A stretch of DNA of 36,406 nt, from contig JBMNOT010000001.1 of NCBI GenBank assembly GCA_050943225.1, forward strand, positions 1 through 36,406, written 5' to 3'. Every line of letters starts with the position of its first letter. Within the stretch, counting starts at the first letter, position 1. The stretch is from Christensenellales bacterium. Its GTDB lineage: Bacteria; Bacillota; Clostridia; Christensenellales; SZUA-584. Of the stretch, positions 25,628 through 33,964 are shown piece after piece. Both the position numbers and the translations under genes were made by a program. The notes beneath the pieces were generated by a model. That model worked only from the letters and a program-made list of their open reading frames with translations. It was not told the origin of the DNA and ran no database searches.

Positions 25628-27112
25628 TTGAGTGCGCTGACACAAAAACTCAAGGAAGTATGCCTCACTGTTTTACCCATTGTGATCATCGTGCTGATAC
25701 TGCATTTTTTTGTCACGCCCGTTGATTCGATGGAGCTTTACCGTTTCCTTATCGGAGCGGCGCTGATCATCATAGGCATGTCCATTTTTCTGCTGGGCGT
25801 CGATCTGTGCATTACGCCACTGGGCAACCATTTCGGGCACGCGCTGACAAAGTCCAACAAATTGTGGGTTATCGTTGCGGGCGGTCTGCTGCTGGGTTTT
25901 CTGGTGTCAGTGGCGGAGCCGGACCTTCATATACTGGCCGTGCAGGTGGAAGAAGTGACTTCGGGACTAATTCCCCGGCTGACGCTTGTAGTCGTGGTTT
26001 CCCTCGGCATTGCGGCGCTGCTGGTCGTCGGTCTGGTGCGCATTTTATACAGCATACCGCTGTACTGGGTATTGACCGGGCTGTATCTGATAATCGGCAT
26101 ACTCTCTCTGCTGACCTCGCAGGGGTTCTTGGCCATTTCGTTCGACGCTTCCGGCGCCACCACCGGCGCACTCACCGTTCCGTTTATTCTTGCGCTGTCG
26201 TACAGCATCTCCATGATGAAAAAGGATAGCAAGGGCTCCGAGAAAGACAGTTTCGGCCTGGTGGGCGTTGCGTCCACCGGAGCCATACTCGCAGTGATGG
26301 TGATGAGCCTGGTATCCGGCTCCGGCGAGCTGAGCGGCCAATTAACCGATGAGGCGGCAGCTAACACGCATCTTCTGGCTCCTTTTGCAACCGCTTTCCC
26401 CCGTATTGCGGGAGAAAGCGCGCAGGCTTTAAGCCCGCTGCTCGTGATATTCCTGAGCTTTCAGATTTTCTCTTTTCGCCTGAAAAGGCGGCCCTTTATG
26501 AGAATCATCAAAGGCTTCATCTACGCTTTTCTGGGGCTTACGCTGTTTATGCTGGGCGTTAACGCCGGCTTTATGGAGTTAGGTGTATCCCTGGGTCACG
26601 CGGTTGCCGCAATCGGCTCCCCCGCGCTGCTGCTGTTTGTCGCGTTCGCGCTCGGAACGGTCACGATATTGGCGGAACCGGCAGTGCACGTGCTGACGCA
26701 CCAGATCGAAGAAGTGACCAGCGGTTCCGTCAGGCGGGGCTTCGTGCTGATCGCTTTAGCTGTGGGCGTAGGCCTGTCGCTGGTGCTCACCATCGTCCGG
26801 ATCATCGTACCTGAAGTGCAGCTATGGCATATACTGCTGCCGGGGTATATTATAGCTGTCGCGCTGATGTACTTTGGCCCCAAGCTCTTTGTCGGCATCG
26901 CGTTCGACTCGGGCGGCGTAGCCTCCGGGCCCATGACAGCGACGTTTATATTAGCGTTTACCCGGGGAGCGGCCAGTGCGACGGCCAGCGCCGACGTGCT
27001 GATCGACGGATTCGGCACCATTGCGCTGGTGGCGCTGACGCCGCTCATTACATTACAGATATTAGGCCTGATTTATCGGCGTAAAACAACCAAAGGAGAC
27101 CTAATCAAATGA
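25628..27112 (+). CDS. Polytopic membrane protein made of two tandem DUF1538-type repeats (function unknown)
   Basis: 494 aa with about 12 hydrophobic segments. The internal duplication is clear: VAEPDLHILAVQVEEVTSG / LAEPAVHVLTHQIEEVTSG and FDASGATTGALTVPFILAL / FDSGGVASGPMTATFILAF. The start is TTG, with AGGGGG 8 nt upstream. Confidence 0.8.
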   Translation: MSALTQKLKEVCLTVLPIVIIVLILHFFVTPVDSMELYRFLIGAALIIIGMSIFLLGVDLCITPLGNHFGHALTKSNKLWVIVAGGLLLGFLVSVAEPDLHILAVQVEEVTSGLIPRLTLVVVVSLGIAALLVVGLVRILYSIPLYWVLTGLYLIIGILSLLTSQGFLAISFDASGATTGALTVPFILALSYSISMMKKDSKGSEKDSFGLVGVASTGAILAVMVMSLVSGSGELSGQLTDEAAANTHLLAPFATAFPRIAGESAQALSPLLVIFLSFQIFSFRLKRRPFMRIIKGFIYAFLGLTLFMLGVNAGFMELGVSLGHAVAAIGSPALLLFVAFALGTVTILAEPAVHVLTHQIEEVTSGSVRRGFVLIALAVGVGLSLVLTIVRIIVPEVQLWHILLPGYIIAVALMYFGPKLFVGIAFDSGGVASGPMTATFILAFTRGAASATASADVLIDGFGTIALVALTPLITLQILGLIYRRKTTKGDLIK

Positions 27113-27756
27113 ACACCTCAGGGTATTCGGCGCTCGTTGTGATCACTCCCGGTCATGCAAGCCGGGTCATCCATGCCGCAAAAAAACATGGGATCCGCGG
27201 AGCCACGGTCACATTGGGCAGGGGTACAGCCCACAGCCGTCTGCTCAACTTTTTGGAGCTTGGCGATACCCAAAGAGAGATCGTCATCATGGTAACCGGC
27301 ACGCTGACGGCCACAATGGCAATGAAAGCGCTGTGCGATGAGCTCAGGCTCGAGAAAAAAGGCCATGGCATCGCTATCATCATTCCGCTGGATAACGTGT
27401 TCGGACTCAGCTATATGCCCAGCGGCGAACCAATTGCACAGGAGGAAGAAAGCTTTATGCACAAGGCGATATTTACCATAGTGGAAAGAGGCCAGGCCGA
27501 AGCGGTGATGGAAGCGGCCACCGCAGCGGGCGCGCGCGGCGGCACCATCATCAACGCCCGCGGTTCCGGAATCCACGAAACGAGCAAGCTGTTCGCTATG
27601 GAAATCGAGCCGGAAAAAGAAATCGTGATGATCATCGCGGAAAAGGCTCAAGCGGATGCCATCACCAGCGCCATTCGGGAATCGATGCGCATCGACGAAC
27701 CGGGACGCGGCATCATATTCACCGCTCCGGTCAGCCATGCGTGCGGGCTGTATTAA
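27109..27756 (+). CDS. Tandem P-II (GlnB-like) domain protein
   Basis: 215 aa comprising two homologous ~95-aa beta-alpha-beta repeats. Repeat 1 is YSALVVITPGHASRVIHAAKKHGIRGATVTLGRG...GIAIIIPLDNVFGL. Repeat 2 is HKAIFTIVERGQAEAVMEAATAAGARGGTIINARGSG...GIIFTAPVSHACGL. The ATG overlaps the DUF1538 stop (ATGA). Confidence 0.75.
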   Translation: MNTSGYSALVVITPGHASRVIHAAKKHGIRGATVTLGRGTAHSRLLNFLELGDTQREIVIMVTGTLTATMAMKALCDELRLEKKGHGIAIIIPLDNVFGLSYMPSGEPIAQEEESFMHKAIFTIVERGQAEAVMEAATAAGARGGTIINARGSGIHETSKLFAMEIEPEKEIVMIIAEKAQADAITSAIRESMRIDEPGRGIIFTAPVSHACGLY

Positions 27757-28973
27757 CCGGTCCGCGCAGGCAGGCCGGCGTCGCGCAGCGTCCGGCTAAG
27801 CAGCAGGAATATGCTCTGCACAAGCATCAGTGCGCCGGTGACAAGCAGCAGCCATTCGATGGCAATGGAGTCGGATACCGGGCCGAACAACAGCATGCCG
27901 ATCGGCATCACGGAGCTGGAAATCATTCCGTATACGCCGAATACGCGACCCATCATATCCTCCTCCACTTTTTCCTGCAGCATTACCATGGCCGGCGTGC
28001 TGAACACCGGTATCGCCAGGCCGGTCAGCGCCATGAATAACAGATACAGCCAGAAAACGGGTACCACGCCCAGCGCAACTGTGCAAATGCTGATGGCAAA
28101 GGCTGCCGCAGTCATGGTATAAGCCCGGTTTTTAAAACCGCCCCATGCGGCGATCAGCACGCCGCCCAGCACCATTCCCCCGGAAAAGGCAATCTCAATC
28201 GCCGTGAGCCGCCATACCTGATCACCAAAACTGCGCGCAACCTGCAGTGGCGTCAGAAACGCGGCCGGCGACACCAGAAAGAAAAACACCGCGGCATATA
28301 TGAAAAACAGCAGGACAAAACGGTGCTGCCGTATATACCCAAGTCCTGTCCTAAAATCCTCGAAATATCCCGTTTCCTGCTTTTGCAGCGCTTTATGATG
28401 CGGCGGCACGTGCACGAAAAGAAGCATCACTGCAATCGCCAAAGCCGCTGTCACTACATCGATGAAGAATATCACTTCAATGGCCGCAAAAGACATAAGT
28501 ACGCCGCTGACCATCGGCGATACCAGCGTGATAGCGGACTGCAGGCTGTTATTTATTCCGTTGACGCGCGTCAGCTTCTCCTCCGGCACGATCTGCGGTA
28601 AAAATGCGCTCACCGCCGGCGTCTGTATGCCGGTGCCCAGCGCCCGCACGGCGGACACGGCAAACAGCAGCCAGATGTCCCGGTATCCCAGCATGAATAT
28701 CGCAGCCAGGGCTAATGTGGCAACAGCAATGCCTGCATCGGCTATCACTATGAGATGCTTCCGGTTGTATCTATCGGCCCAAACCCCGGCGAACGGAGAC
28801 AGAAAAAACGTAGGCAGTATGCCGCAGATGATAGATACCATCATCATCACGCCAGACTGCGTATTCAGCGTAATATACCACATGATGGCATACTGCACCA
28901 GCGACGAGCCAAAAAGGGATATCGACTGGCTGAACAGGAATCGCGTGGTGTTCTTTTTCCAGTCTGTCTTCAT
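27753..28973 (-). CDS. MFS transporter (DHA3 / macrolide-efflux-like subfamily)
   Basis: About 12 TM segments. The N-terminus FSQSISLFGSSLVQYAIMWYI...FAGVWADRYNRK is typical of this subfamily. Start set to ATG 28973. The longer track ORF would run into the predicted promoter. Confidence 0.8.
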   Translation of the reverse strand: MKTDWKKNTTRFLFSQSISLFGSSLVQYAIMWYITLNTQSGVMMMVSIICGILPTFFLSPFAGVWADRYNRKHLIVIADAGIAVATLALAAIFMLGYRDIWLLFAVSAVRALGTGIQTPAVSAFLPQIVPEEKLTRVNGINNSLQSAITLVSPMVSGVLMSFAAIEVIFFIDVVTAALAIAVMLLFVHVPPHHKALQKQETGYFEDFRTGLGYIRQHRFVLLFFIYAAVFFFLVSPAAFLTPLQVARSFGDQVWRLTAIEIAFSGGMVLGGVLIAAWGGFKNRAYTMTAAAFAISICTVALGVVPVFWLYLLFMALTGLAIPVFSTPAMVMLQEKVEEDMMGRVFGVYGMISSSVMPIGMLLFGPVSDSIAIEWLLLVTGALMLVQSIFLLLSRTLRDAGLPARTG

Positions 28974-29014
28974 CAGTGTTCCCCGTTTCTTAGTTTGTGC
29001 GCGCGCGTATTGCA

Positions 29015-29044
29015 AATTTATCATTTTTGAGCTTTGCCCGTCAA
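29015..29044 (-). promoter_or_regulatory. Putative sigma-A promoter (extended -10) for the MFS gene
   Basis: The minus strand reads TTGACG-18 nt-TAAATT, and the last 3 nt of the spacer (TGA) give an extended -10. Confidence 0.4.
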
Positions 29045-29063
29045 GACAGAGCCTCGCGCACGC

Positions 29064-29092
29064 AATAAAAAAAGCACATCGGCGGGATGCGC
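29064..29092 (-). terminator. Rho-independent terminator after mscL
   Basis: Minus-strand RNA is GCGCAUC-CCGCC-GAUGUGC followed by UUUUUUUAUU. Confidence 0.65.
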
Positions 29093-29132
29093 TTCAGTTT
29101 GGCGAAAAACCAGCGTTTTTTCGCCAGATTAC

Positions 29133-29175
29133 CGATTATATGCAGTTCCACGCACCTCGAAACTGCATATAATCG
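29133..29175. repeat. Perfect 15-bp inverted repeat with a 13-nt spacer
   Basis: CGATTATATGCAGTT (29133-29147) and AACTGCATATAATCG (29161-29175) are exact reverse complements. The repeat lies in the mscL 3' region, upstream of the U-tailed terminator. Confidence 0.9.
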
Positions 29176-29238
29176 CAAGCTGTGGGCTGCGCGGGCAGAG
29201 CCCGTCTTGCCCACGAAATACATATATTTTACTTTTGC

Positions 29239-29619
29239 CTATTTATTCCTGAGCAAATCACGGATCTCGGCCAGAAGCAGCTCTTCTCTGGACGGTTCGG
29301 GCTCTTTCGGCTCTTCGACAGGCGTTTCTTTTTTCCTCCGGAGCCTGTTGATCAGCTTGATGATCAGGAAGATGCACAGCGCGATAATGAAGAAATCAAC
29401 GATGCTCTGTATAAACGCGCCGTAGGCGATCGTCGCCTCCCCCACACTGACGCTGAGCTGCGAGAAGTCAAGCCCGCCGATGATAATTCCAATGATCGGC
29501 ATGATGATGTCGTCCACCAGCGACGAGACAATCTTGCCGAAAGTGCCGCCGATGATAACGCCGACAGCCAGATCGATCACATTACCCCGAGAAATAAATT
29601 CTTTAAACTCCTTAATCAC
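29239..29619 (-). CDS. mscL: Large-conductance mechanosensitive channel
   Basis: 126 aa. [41 protein letters not shown] is the canonical MscL N-terminus. Confidence 0.95.
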   Translation of the reverse strand: MIKEFKEFISRGNVIDLAVGVIIGGTFGKIVSSLVDDIIMPIIGIIIGGLDFSQLSVSVGEATIAYGAFIQSIVDFFIIALCIFLIIKLINRLRRKKETPVEEPKEPEPSREELLLAEIRDLLRNK

Positions 29620-29745
29620 AGTACATCACGATCCTTTATTAATTATTTACAAGGATATAACATCGAATAAGGTATGAGTTCTAACGCCATCTTGCCATAT
29701 AATTATGGCAGACAAAACGAACAATTTTCTACGCTTTCAGGAGGT

Positions 29746-30387
29746 CTATCTGTTCTGCAGTTTGTATATGATCTTAAATCCGCGTAATTCTATTGATTTC
29801 TCGATATCCTCGGTATTATATGACTGAGTAGCCACCACGACGGCGCATTTGCCGGAGCTGCCTCTGTACACAGCAACATGCGTGATATTGGCGCCGTATT
29901 CCGCAAATATGCCTGCGAGATTGGCCATAACCCCTGGCATATCGTCGGCCTCGATGGTCAGCCGCGTACCAAGTTCCTTAAACCCGAGCAGCTCGATGAA
30001 TGCATCAAAAATATCGCTTTCAGTGATAATTCCTACCAATTTGCCGTTCTCTAGGACAGGCAGAAAGCCGACTTCATTGCTGCGCATCAGAATCGCCGCT
30101 TCTTCGAGCAGCGCATCCGGGTCTATGGTGACGGGGTTTTTCTTCATGACGGTTTTGATTTTCGTTCGCGCCAGCAGGTAAGTCAGCTCGCCAACGCTGA
30201 AAGTGGTGGCCTTGGAGGGTGACGCCTGAGCGATGTCTTCACGGGAGACCACACCCACCAACACGCCGTTTTTGACAACGGGCAATCGTTTGACATTGTA
30301 CTTGCTCATAATCTCATGAGCGTCAGGAATTGTGCTGTCAGGAGAGATAGTAAAGGGATTCGTGGTCATTTTAGTTCTTACAAACAT
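29746..30387 (-). CDS. CBS-pair + ACT domain protein (AcuB-like)
   Basis: 213 aa. There are two CBS motifs (VKRLPVVKNGVLVGVVSREDI; VGFLPVLENGKLVGIITESDI). A C-terminal ACT-like segment follows (RLTIEADDMPGVMANLAGIFAEYGANITHVAVY). GGAGG inside the livF 3' end lies 8 nt upstream of the ATG. Confidence 0.85.
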   Translation of the reverse strand: MFVRTKMTTNPFTISPDSTIPDAHEIMSKYNVKRLPVVKNGVLVGVVSREDIAQASPSKATTFSVGELTYLLARTKIKTVMKKNPVTIDPDALLEEAAILMRSNEVGFLPVLENGKLVGIITESDIFDAFIELLGFKELGTRLTIEADDMPGVMANLAGIFAEYGANITHVAVYRGSSGKCAVVVATQSYNTEDIEKSIELRGFKIIYKLQNR

Positions 30388-30391
30388 CTCT

Positions 30392-31096
30392 TTAACCTCC
30401 CAAATACGCTTTTTTTATCTCCTCGCTGTTCATCAGCTCGGCTCCCGTGCCCGAAAGAACGATGGAACCTGTCTCCAGAACATAGGCGCGATGCGCGATC
30501 TGCAGAGCCATGCGCGCGTTCTGCTCAACCAAAAGTATCGTGGTGCCGGTTTCGTTGATGGTCTTGATGATATTGAATATCTCCATCACCAATAGCGGCG
30601 ACAGCCCCATGGAAGGTTCGTCAAGAAGCAGTATTTTGGGGCGGCTCATCAGGGCGCGGCCCAGCGCAAGCATCTGCTGCTCGCCGCCGGACAGCGTACC
30701 CGCGGCCTGCCTGCGCCTGTCCGCCAAACGCGGGAACAAACTGTATACGCGCTCCAAATCCTGGGCAATTCCAGCCTTGTCTTTCCGTAGAAAAGCGCCC
30801 AGCTCCAGATTTTCAAGCACAGTCAGCGTGGAGAACACGCGGCGCCCTTCCGGCGACTGGGAGATACCCCTTTGCACGCGGTCTCGCGCCGATGTATCGG
30901 TGATATCCTGGCCGTCCAGCAATATCTGGCCGCTGGTGGGCTTCTTGATTCCCGAGATGGTATGCAGCATGGTGGTTTTGCCCGCGCCGTTGGCACCGAT
31001 CAGGGTAACGATCTCCCCGTCGTTAACGGTAAAGGGAACGCCTTTTAAAGCTTCAATCACGCCGTAATGAACATGTATATCCTTAATTTCAAGCAT
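30392..31096 (-). CDS. livF: Branched-chain amino acid ABC transporter ATP-binding protein
   Basis: Walker A (GANGAGKTT), signature (LSGGEQQML) and Walker B (LLLDEPS) are present, with the LivF-type C-terminus. Confidence 0.9.
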   Translation of the reverse strand: MLEIKDIHVHYGVIEALKGVPFTVNDGEIVTLIGANGAGKTTMLHTISGIKKPTSGQILLDGQDITDTSARDRVQRGISQSPEGRRVFSTLTVLENLELGAFLRKDKAGIAQDLERVYSLFPRLADRRRQAAGTLSGGEQQMLALGRALMSRPKILLLDEPSMGLSPLLVMEIFNIIKTINETGTTILLVEQNARMALQIAHRAYVLETGSIVLSGTGAELMNSEEIKKAYLGG

Positions 31097-31874
31097 TGTC
31101 GATATCCTCTCCCAGGTAAGCCTTGATCACGCGCGGGTCGGCCTTGATTTCATCGGGCGTTCCATGCGCAATCAGCTTGCCGTAATCCATCATGTAGATG
31201 CGCTCGCAGATAGTCATGACCACCGACATATCGTGCTCAATAAGCAGTATCGTAATCCCGAACTGTTCCCGAAGCTGCGCGATGGTAGACGTCAGCTGCG
31301 CAGTCTCCGCTGGGTTCATGCCGGCAGCCGGCTCGTCCAAAAGCAGCAGCTGCGGCTTGGTGGCAAGGGCCCGGACGATTTCGAGACGACGCTGTTCGCC
31401 GTATGGCAGATTGGCCGCCATTTCATCCTGCTTTGAAGCGAGATTAAATATATCCAGAAGCGCGAGGCTTTCCTCCCGAACCCGCTTTTCCTCCCGGATA
31501 TATGAAGGCAGGTGCAGGAAACCGGAAAGCAGACCGTAATGAACATTCTGGTGTATGGCGATGCGCACGTTGTCCAGCACCGAGAGGTTCTTAAAGAGCC
31601 GGATGTTCTGGAAGGTGCGCGCAAGCCCCGCTTTGCTGATCTTGTCAGGGCGCAGCCCTCCTATCTGCCGCGGCTTGCCATCGCAGTCCAGAACAATTTT
31701 TCCAGATGTCGGCGGGTATATGCCCGTCAGCAGGTTAAAAACGGTGGTCTTACCGGCGCCGTTCGGGCCAATCAGACCGACAAGCTCTCCCCGGTTAATC
31801 TCGATATCTACATCGGAGACGGCTGTGAGGCCGCCAAAGGTTTTCGTCAGTTTGGTGACGCTCAGTAATGCCAT
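31089..31874 (-). CDS. livG: Branched-chain amino acid ABC transporter ATP-binding protein
   Basis: Walker A (GPNGAGKTT), signature LPYGEQRRLEI and Walker B LLLDEPAAG are present, with the LivG-type C-terminal extension. Confidence 0.9.
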   Translation of the reverse strand: MALLSVTKLTKTFGGLTAVSDVDIEINRGELVGLIGPNGAGKTTVFNLLTGIYPPTSGKIVLDCDGKPRQIGGLRPDKISKAGLARTFQNIRLFKNLSVLDNVRIAIHQNVHYGLLSGFLHLPSYIREEKRVREESLALLDIFNLASKQDEMAANLPYGEQRRLEIVRALATKPQLLLLDEPAAGMNPAETAQLTSTIAQLREQFGITILLIEHDMSVVMTICERIYMMDYGKLIAHGTPDEIKADPRVIKAYLGEDIDNA

Positions 31875-31877
31875 AAC

Positions 31878-32873
31878 TCACACCCTCTCCTTTTTCTTAT
31901 TCAGTAAAAGGCCTTTGGAGAACTTCTTAAACAAATCCATGCTGATTTCTTTCGAGCCCATCAGCCCCTGAGGCCGGAAAATCATGATGATGATGAGCAG
32001 CAGCGCATAGAGCACCATGCGGATATCCGCAAAAGACTGGAGCAATGTCGATATGACAGCCAAGACGACCGCAGCTAATATCGAACCGGATATACTGCCC
32101 AGCCCGCCTAATACCACAATGATTAGAATGTCGATGGATTTCAAAAACCCGAAATAGTCAGGCTTTATGACGTAGAAGTATGACGCATAGAGCGCGCCCG
32201 CCATACCTGCAAAACACGAGCCCACAATAAACGCGGTCACTTTATAGCGCGTTGTCGCCACGCCCATGGTTTCCGATGCAATCTCGTCCTCGCGGATGGA
32301 TATGCATGCGCGCCCATGAGTGGATTTTAAGAAGTTGCTTATCAGCAGCACTGTCCCAGCAGTAAAGAAGAATATCCAGGGCCAGTTCACAAATTGCGGT
32401 ATGTTGCTAAGCCCCGCGGCGCCATTGGTGATTTCAAGATTGACGAATATGATGCGGATGATCTCGGAGAAGCCCAGAGTGGCGATAGCCAGGTAGTCGC
32501 CGCGCAGCCGCAGCGTGGGCAGCCCAACGACCATGCCGACGATGCCTGAAAGTATAATCGCCGCCAGAATGCCGAGCAAAAACCCCAATATGGTCGGCAT
32601 CTGCATGGTGATCAGGGCGCAGGCATAAGCGCCGATAGACATAAATCCCGCGTGCCCCAGAGAAAACTGGCCTGTGAATCCTGTGATAAGGTTCAGGCTG
32701 ACCGCGAGGATGATATTGATGCATATCGTCATGAGCGTTACCTGAAGGTAAGCACTGAGGATATCAGTCCATATCAGCACCTGTACCACAATGAATATGG
32801 CAATCAGTATAATCAGCTTCCGAACAGCCGGATGGTTAGTAAAGAACTTGCCTGTCTTTGCTGCCATATCCAT
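31878..32873 (-). CDS. livM: Branched-chain amino acid ABC transporter permease
   Basis: A polytopic permease with the LivM-type body (TGFTGQFSLGHAGFMSIGAY). ATG 32873 shares one base with the livH stop. The track ORF starts one codon earlier at a GTG. Confidence 0.9.
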   Translation of the reverse strand: MDMAAKTGKFFTNHPAVRKLIILIAIFIVVQVLIWTDILSAYLQVTLMTICINIILAVSLNLITGFTGQFSLGHAGFMSIGAYACALITMQMPTILGFLLGILAAIILSGIVGMVVGLPTLRLRGDYLAIATLGFSEIIRIIFVNLEITNGAAGLSNIPQFVNWPWIFFFTAGTVLLISNFLKSTHGRACISIREDEIASETMGVATTRYKVTAFIVGSCFAGMAGALYASYFYVIKPDYFGFLKSIDILIIVVLGGLGSISGSILAAVVLAVISTLLQSFADIRMVLYALLLIIIMIFRPQGLMGSKEISMDLFKKFSKGLLLNKKKERV

Positions 32874-33757
32874 CACACCTTCTCTCTTTCAGCCCGGCCC
32901 ATCAGGCCCGTCGGTTTAATAATCAAGATGAGGATAAGTATTGCAAACACCACAGCGTCCTTATACAAAGAGTTCACATAACCGGACACCATAACCTCCA
33001 CCAGACCTATGAAATAGCCCCCGATCATCGCGCCGGGTATGCTGCCGATACCGCCGAATACCGCGGCGACAAACGCCTTAATGCCAGGAAGATAGCCCAT
33101 AAGAGGCCTGATTGATTTATAAAGCATGCCGACCATGACGCCTGCCGCGCCCGCAAAAGCCGAACCCAGCATAAACGTAAAGGAAATAGTTGCGTCTACG
33201 TTTATGCCCATCAAGCGCGCCGCATCCGCGTCCAGGGAGACCGCACGCATCGCCTTGCCCATCTTGGTCTTTTTGACGATGAATTGGAGCAGGATCATCA
33301 GAAGCACGGAAACCCCAACAATAACAATCTGCATCATCGAAATTGCGATATTGTCCAGATTGATCTTAGTAGCAAAAAATCCGCTCATTTCGGGATAAGA
33401 TTGAACTCCGGCACCCACCAGGGCAACCATGCCATATTCCAGGAACAGTGAAACGCCGATTGCCGTGATCAGCACAGCAATACGCGGAGAGTTCCGTAGC
33501 GGTTTGTAGGCGATTTTCTCTATGGCAACGCCCAAAGCCGTACAGATTGCCATCGCAATGAGCAGCGACGGTACAAAACCGAGATTCAATAAAGTCAGGC
33601 AGTAAAAGCCGACATAAGCCCCGATCATGTAAATATCACAATGGGCAAAATTGATGAGCTTGATGATACCGTACACCATGGTATACCCCAGCGCAATCAA
33701 TGCGTAGGTGCTGCCCAGCGATAGCCCGTTGATGAGCTGCTGCAGAAACTGTTCCAA
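32873..33757 (-). CDS. livH: Branched-chain amino acid ABC transporter permease
   Basis: The N-terminus QQLINGLSLGSTYALIALGYTMVYG is the classic LivH signature. The apparent start is TTG at 33757, preceded by GAGGGGAA. Confidence 0.9.
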   Translation of the reverse strand: MEQFLQQLINGLSLGSTYALIALGYTMVYGIIKLINFAHCDIYMIGAYVGFYCLTLLNLGFVPSLLIAMAICTALGVAIEKIAYKPLRNSPRIAVLITAIGVSLFLEYGMVALVGAGVQSYPEMSGFFATKINLDNIAISMMQIVIVGVSVLLMILLQFIVKKTKMGKAMRAVSLDADAARLMGINVDATISFTFMLGSAFAGAAGVMVGMLYKSIRPLMGYLPGIKAFVAAVFGGIGSIPGAMIGGYFIGLVEVMVSGYVNSLYKDAVVFAILILILIIKPTGLMGRAEREKV

Positions 33758-33909
33758 GTGTTTCCCCTCTTTCGTTCTCCGACCAAAAATACGTCATTCA
33801 AAGCAGGTTGGTCGCTTTTTTAAATCATAACATAAAATCAGCCAGCCCGTGTACACTAATTATTCATAAAATGGACACTTGTATTTCCATATGCTGTATT
33901 TATACGAGC

Positions 33910-33947
33910 CAGTAAAACATAAAGTGAGGGCCATTGCTAGCCCTCAC
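33910..33947 (-). terminator. Rho-independent terminator/attenuating hairpin after livJ
   Basis: Minus-strand RNA is GUGAGGGC-8 nt-GCCCUCAC followed by UUUAUGUUUUAC, 17 nt after the livJ stop. Confidence 0.7.
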
Positions 33948-33964
33948 TCCATTGTGAAGCCGTG

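Noticed and set aside
28974-29024. A 17-codon N-terminal extension of the MFS ORF (MINLQYARAQTKKRGTL).
   Set aside because: It would overlap the predicted -10 element and transcription start. ATG 28973 has a GGGGAA SD-like element and gives a typical MFS N-terminus.
29691-29710. The small palindrome TGCCATA-TAAT-TATGGCA upstream of mscL.
   Set aside because: The arms are only 7 bp in an AT-rich promoter region. It is a plausible operator, but the sequence alone gives too little to support one.
33780-33830. The hairpin CGACCAA-24 nt-TTGGTCG in the livH 5' region.
   Set aside because: The stem is short with a large loop and no U tail or recognisable leader-peptide or T-box features. It is likely incidental.
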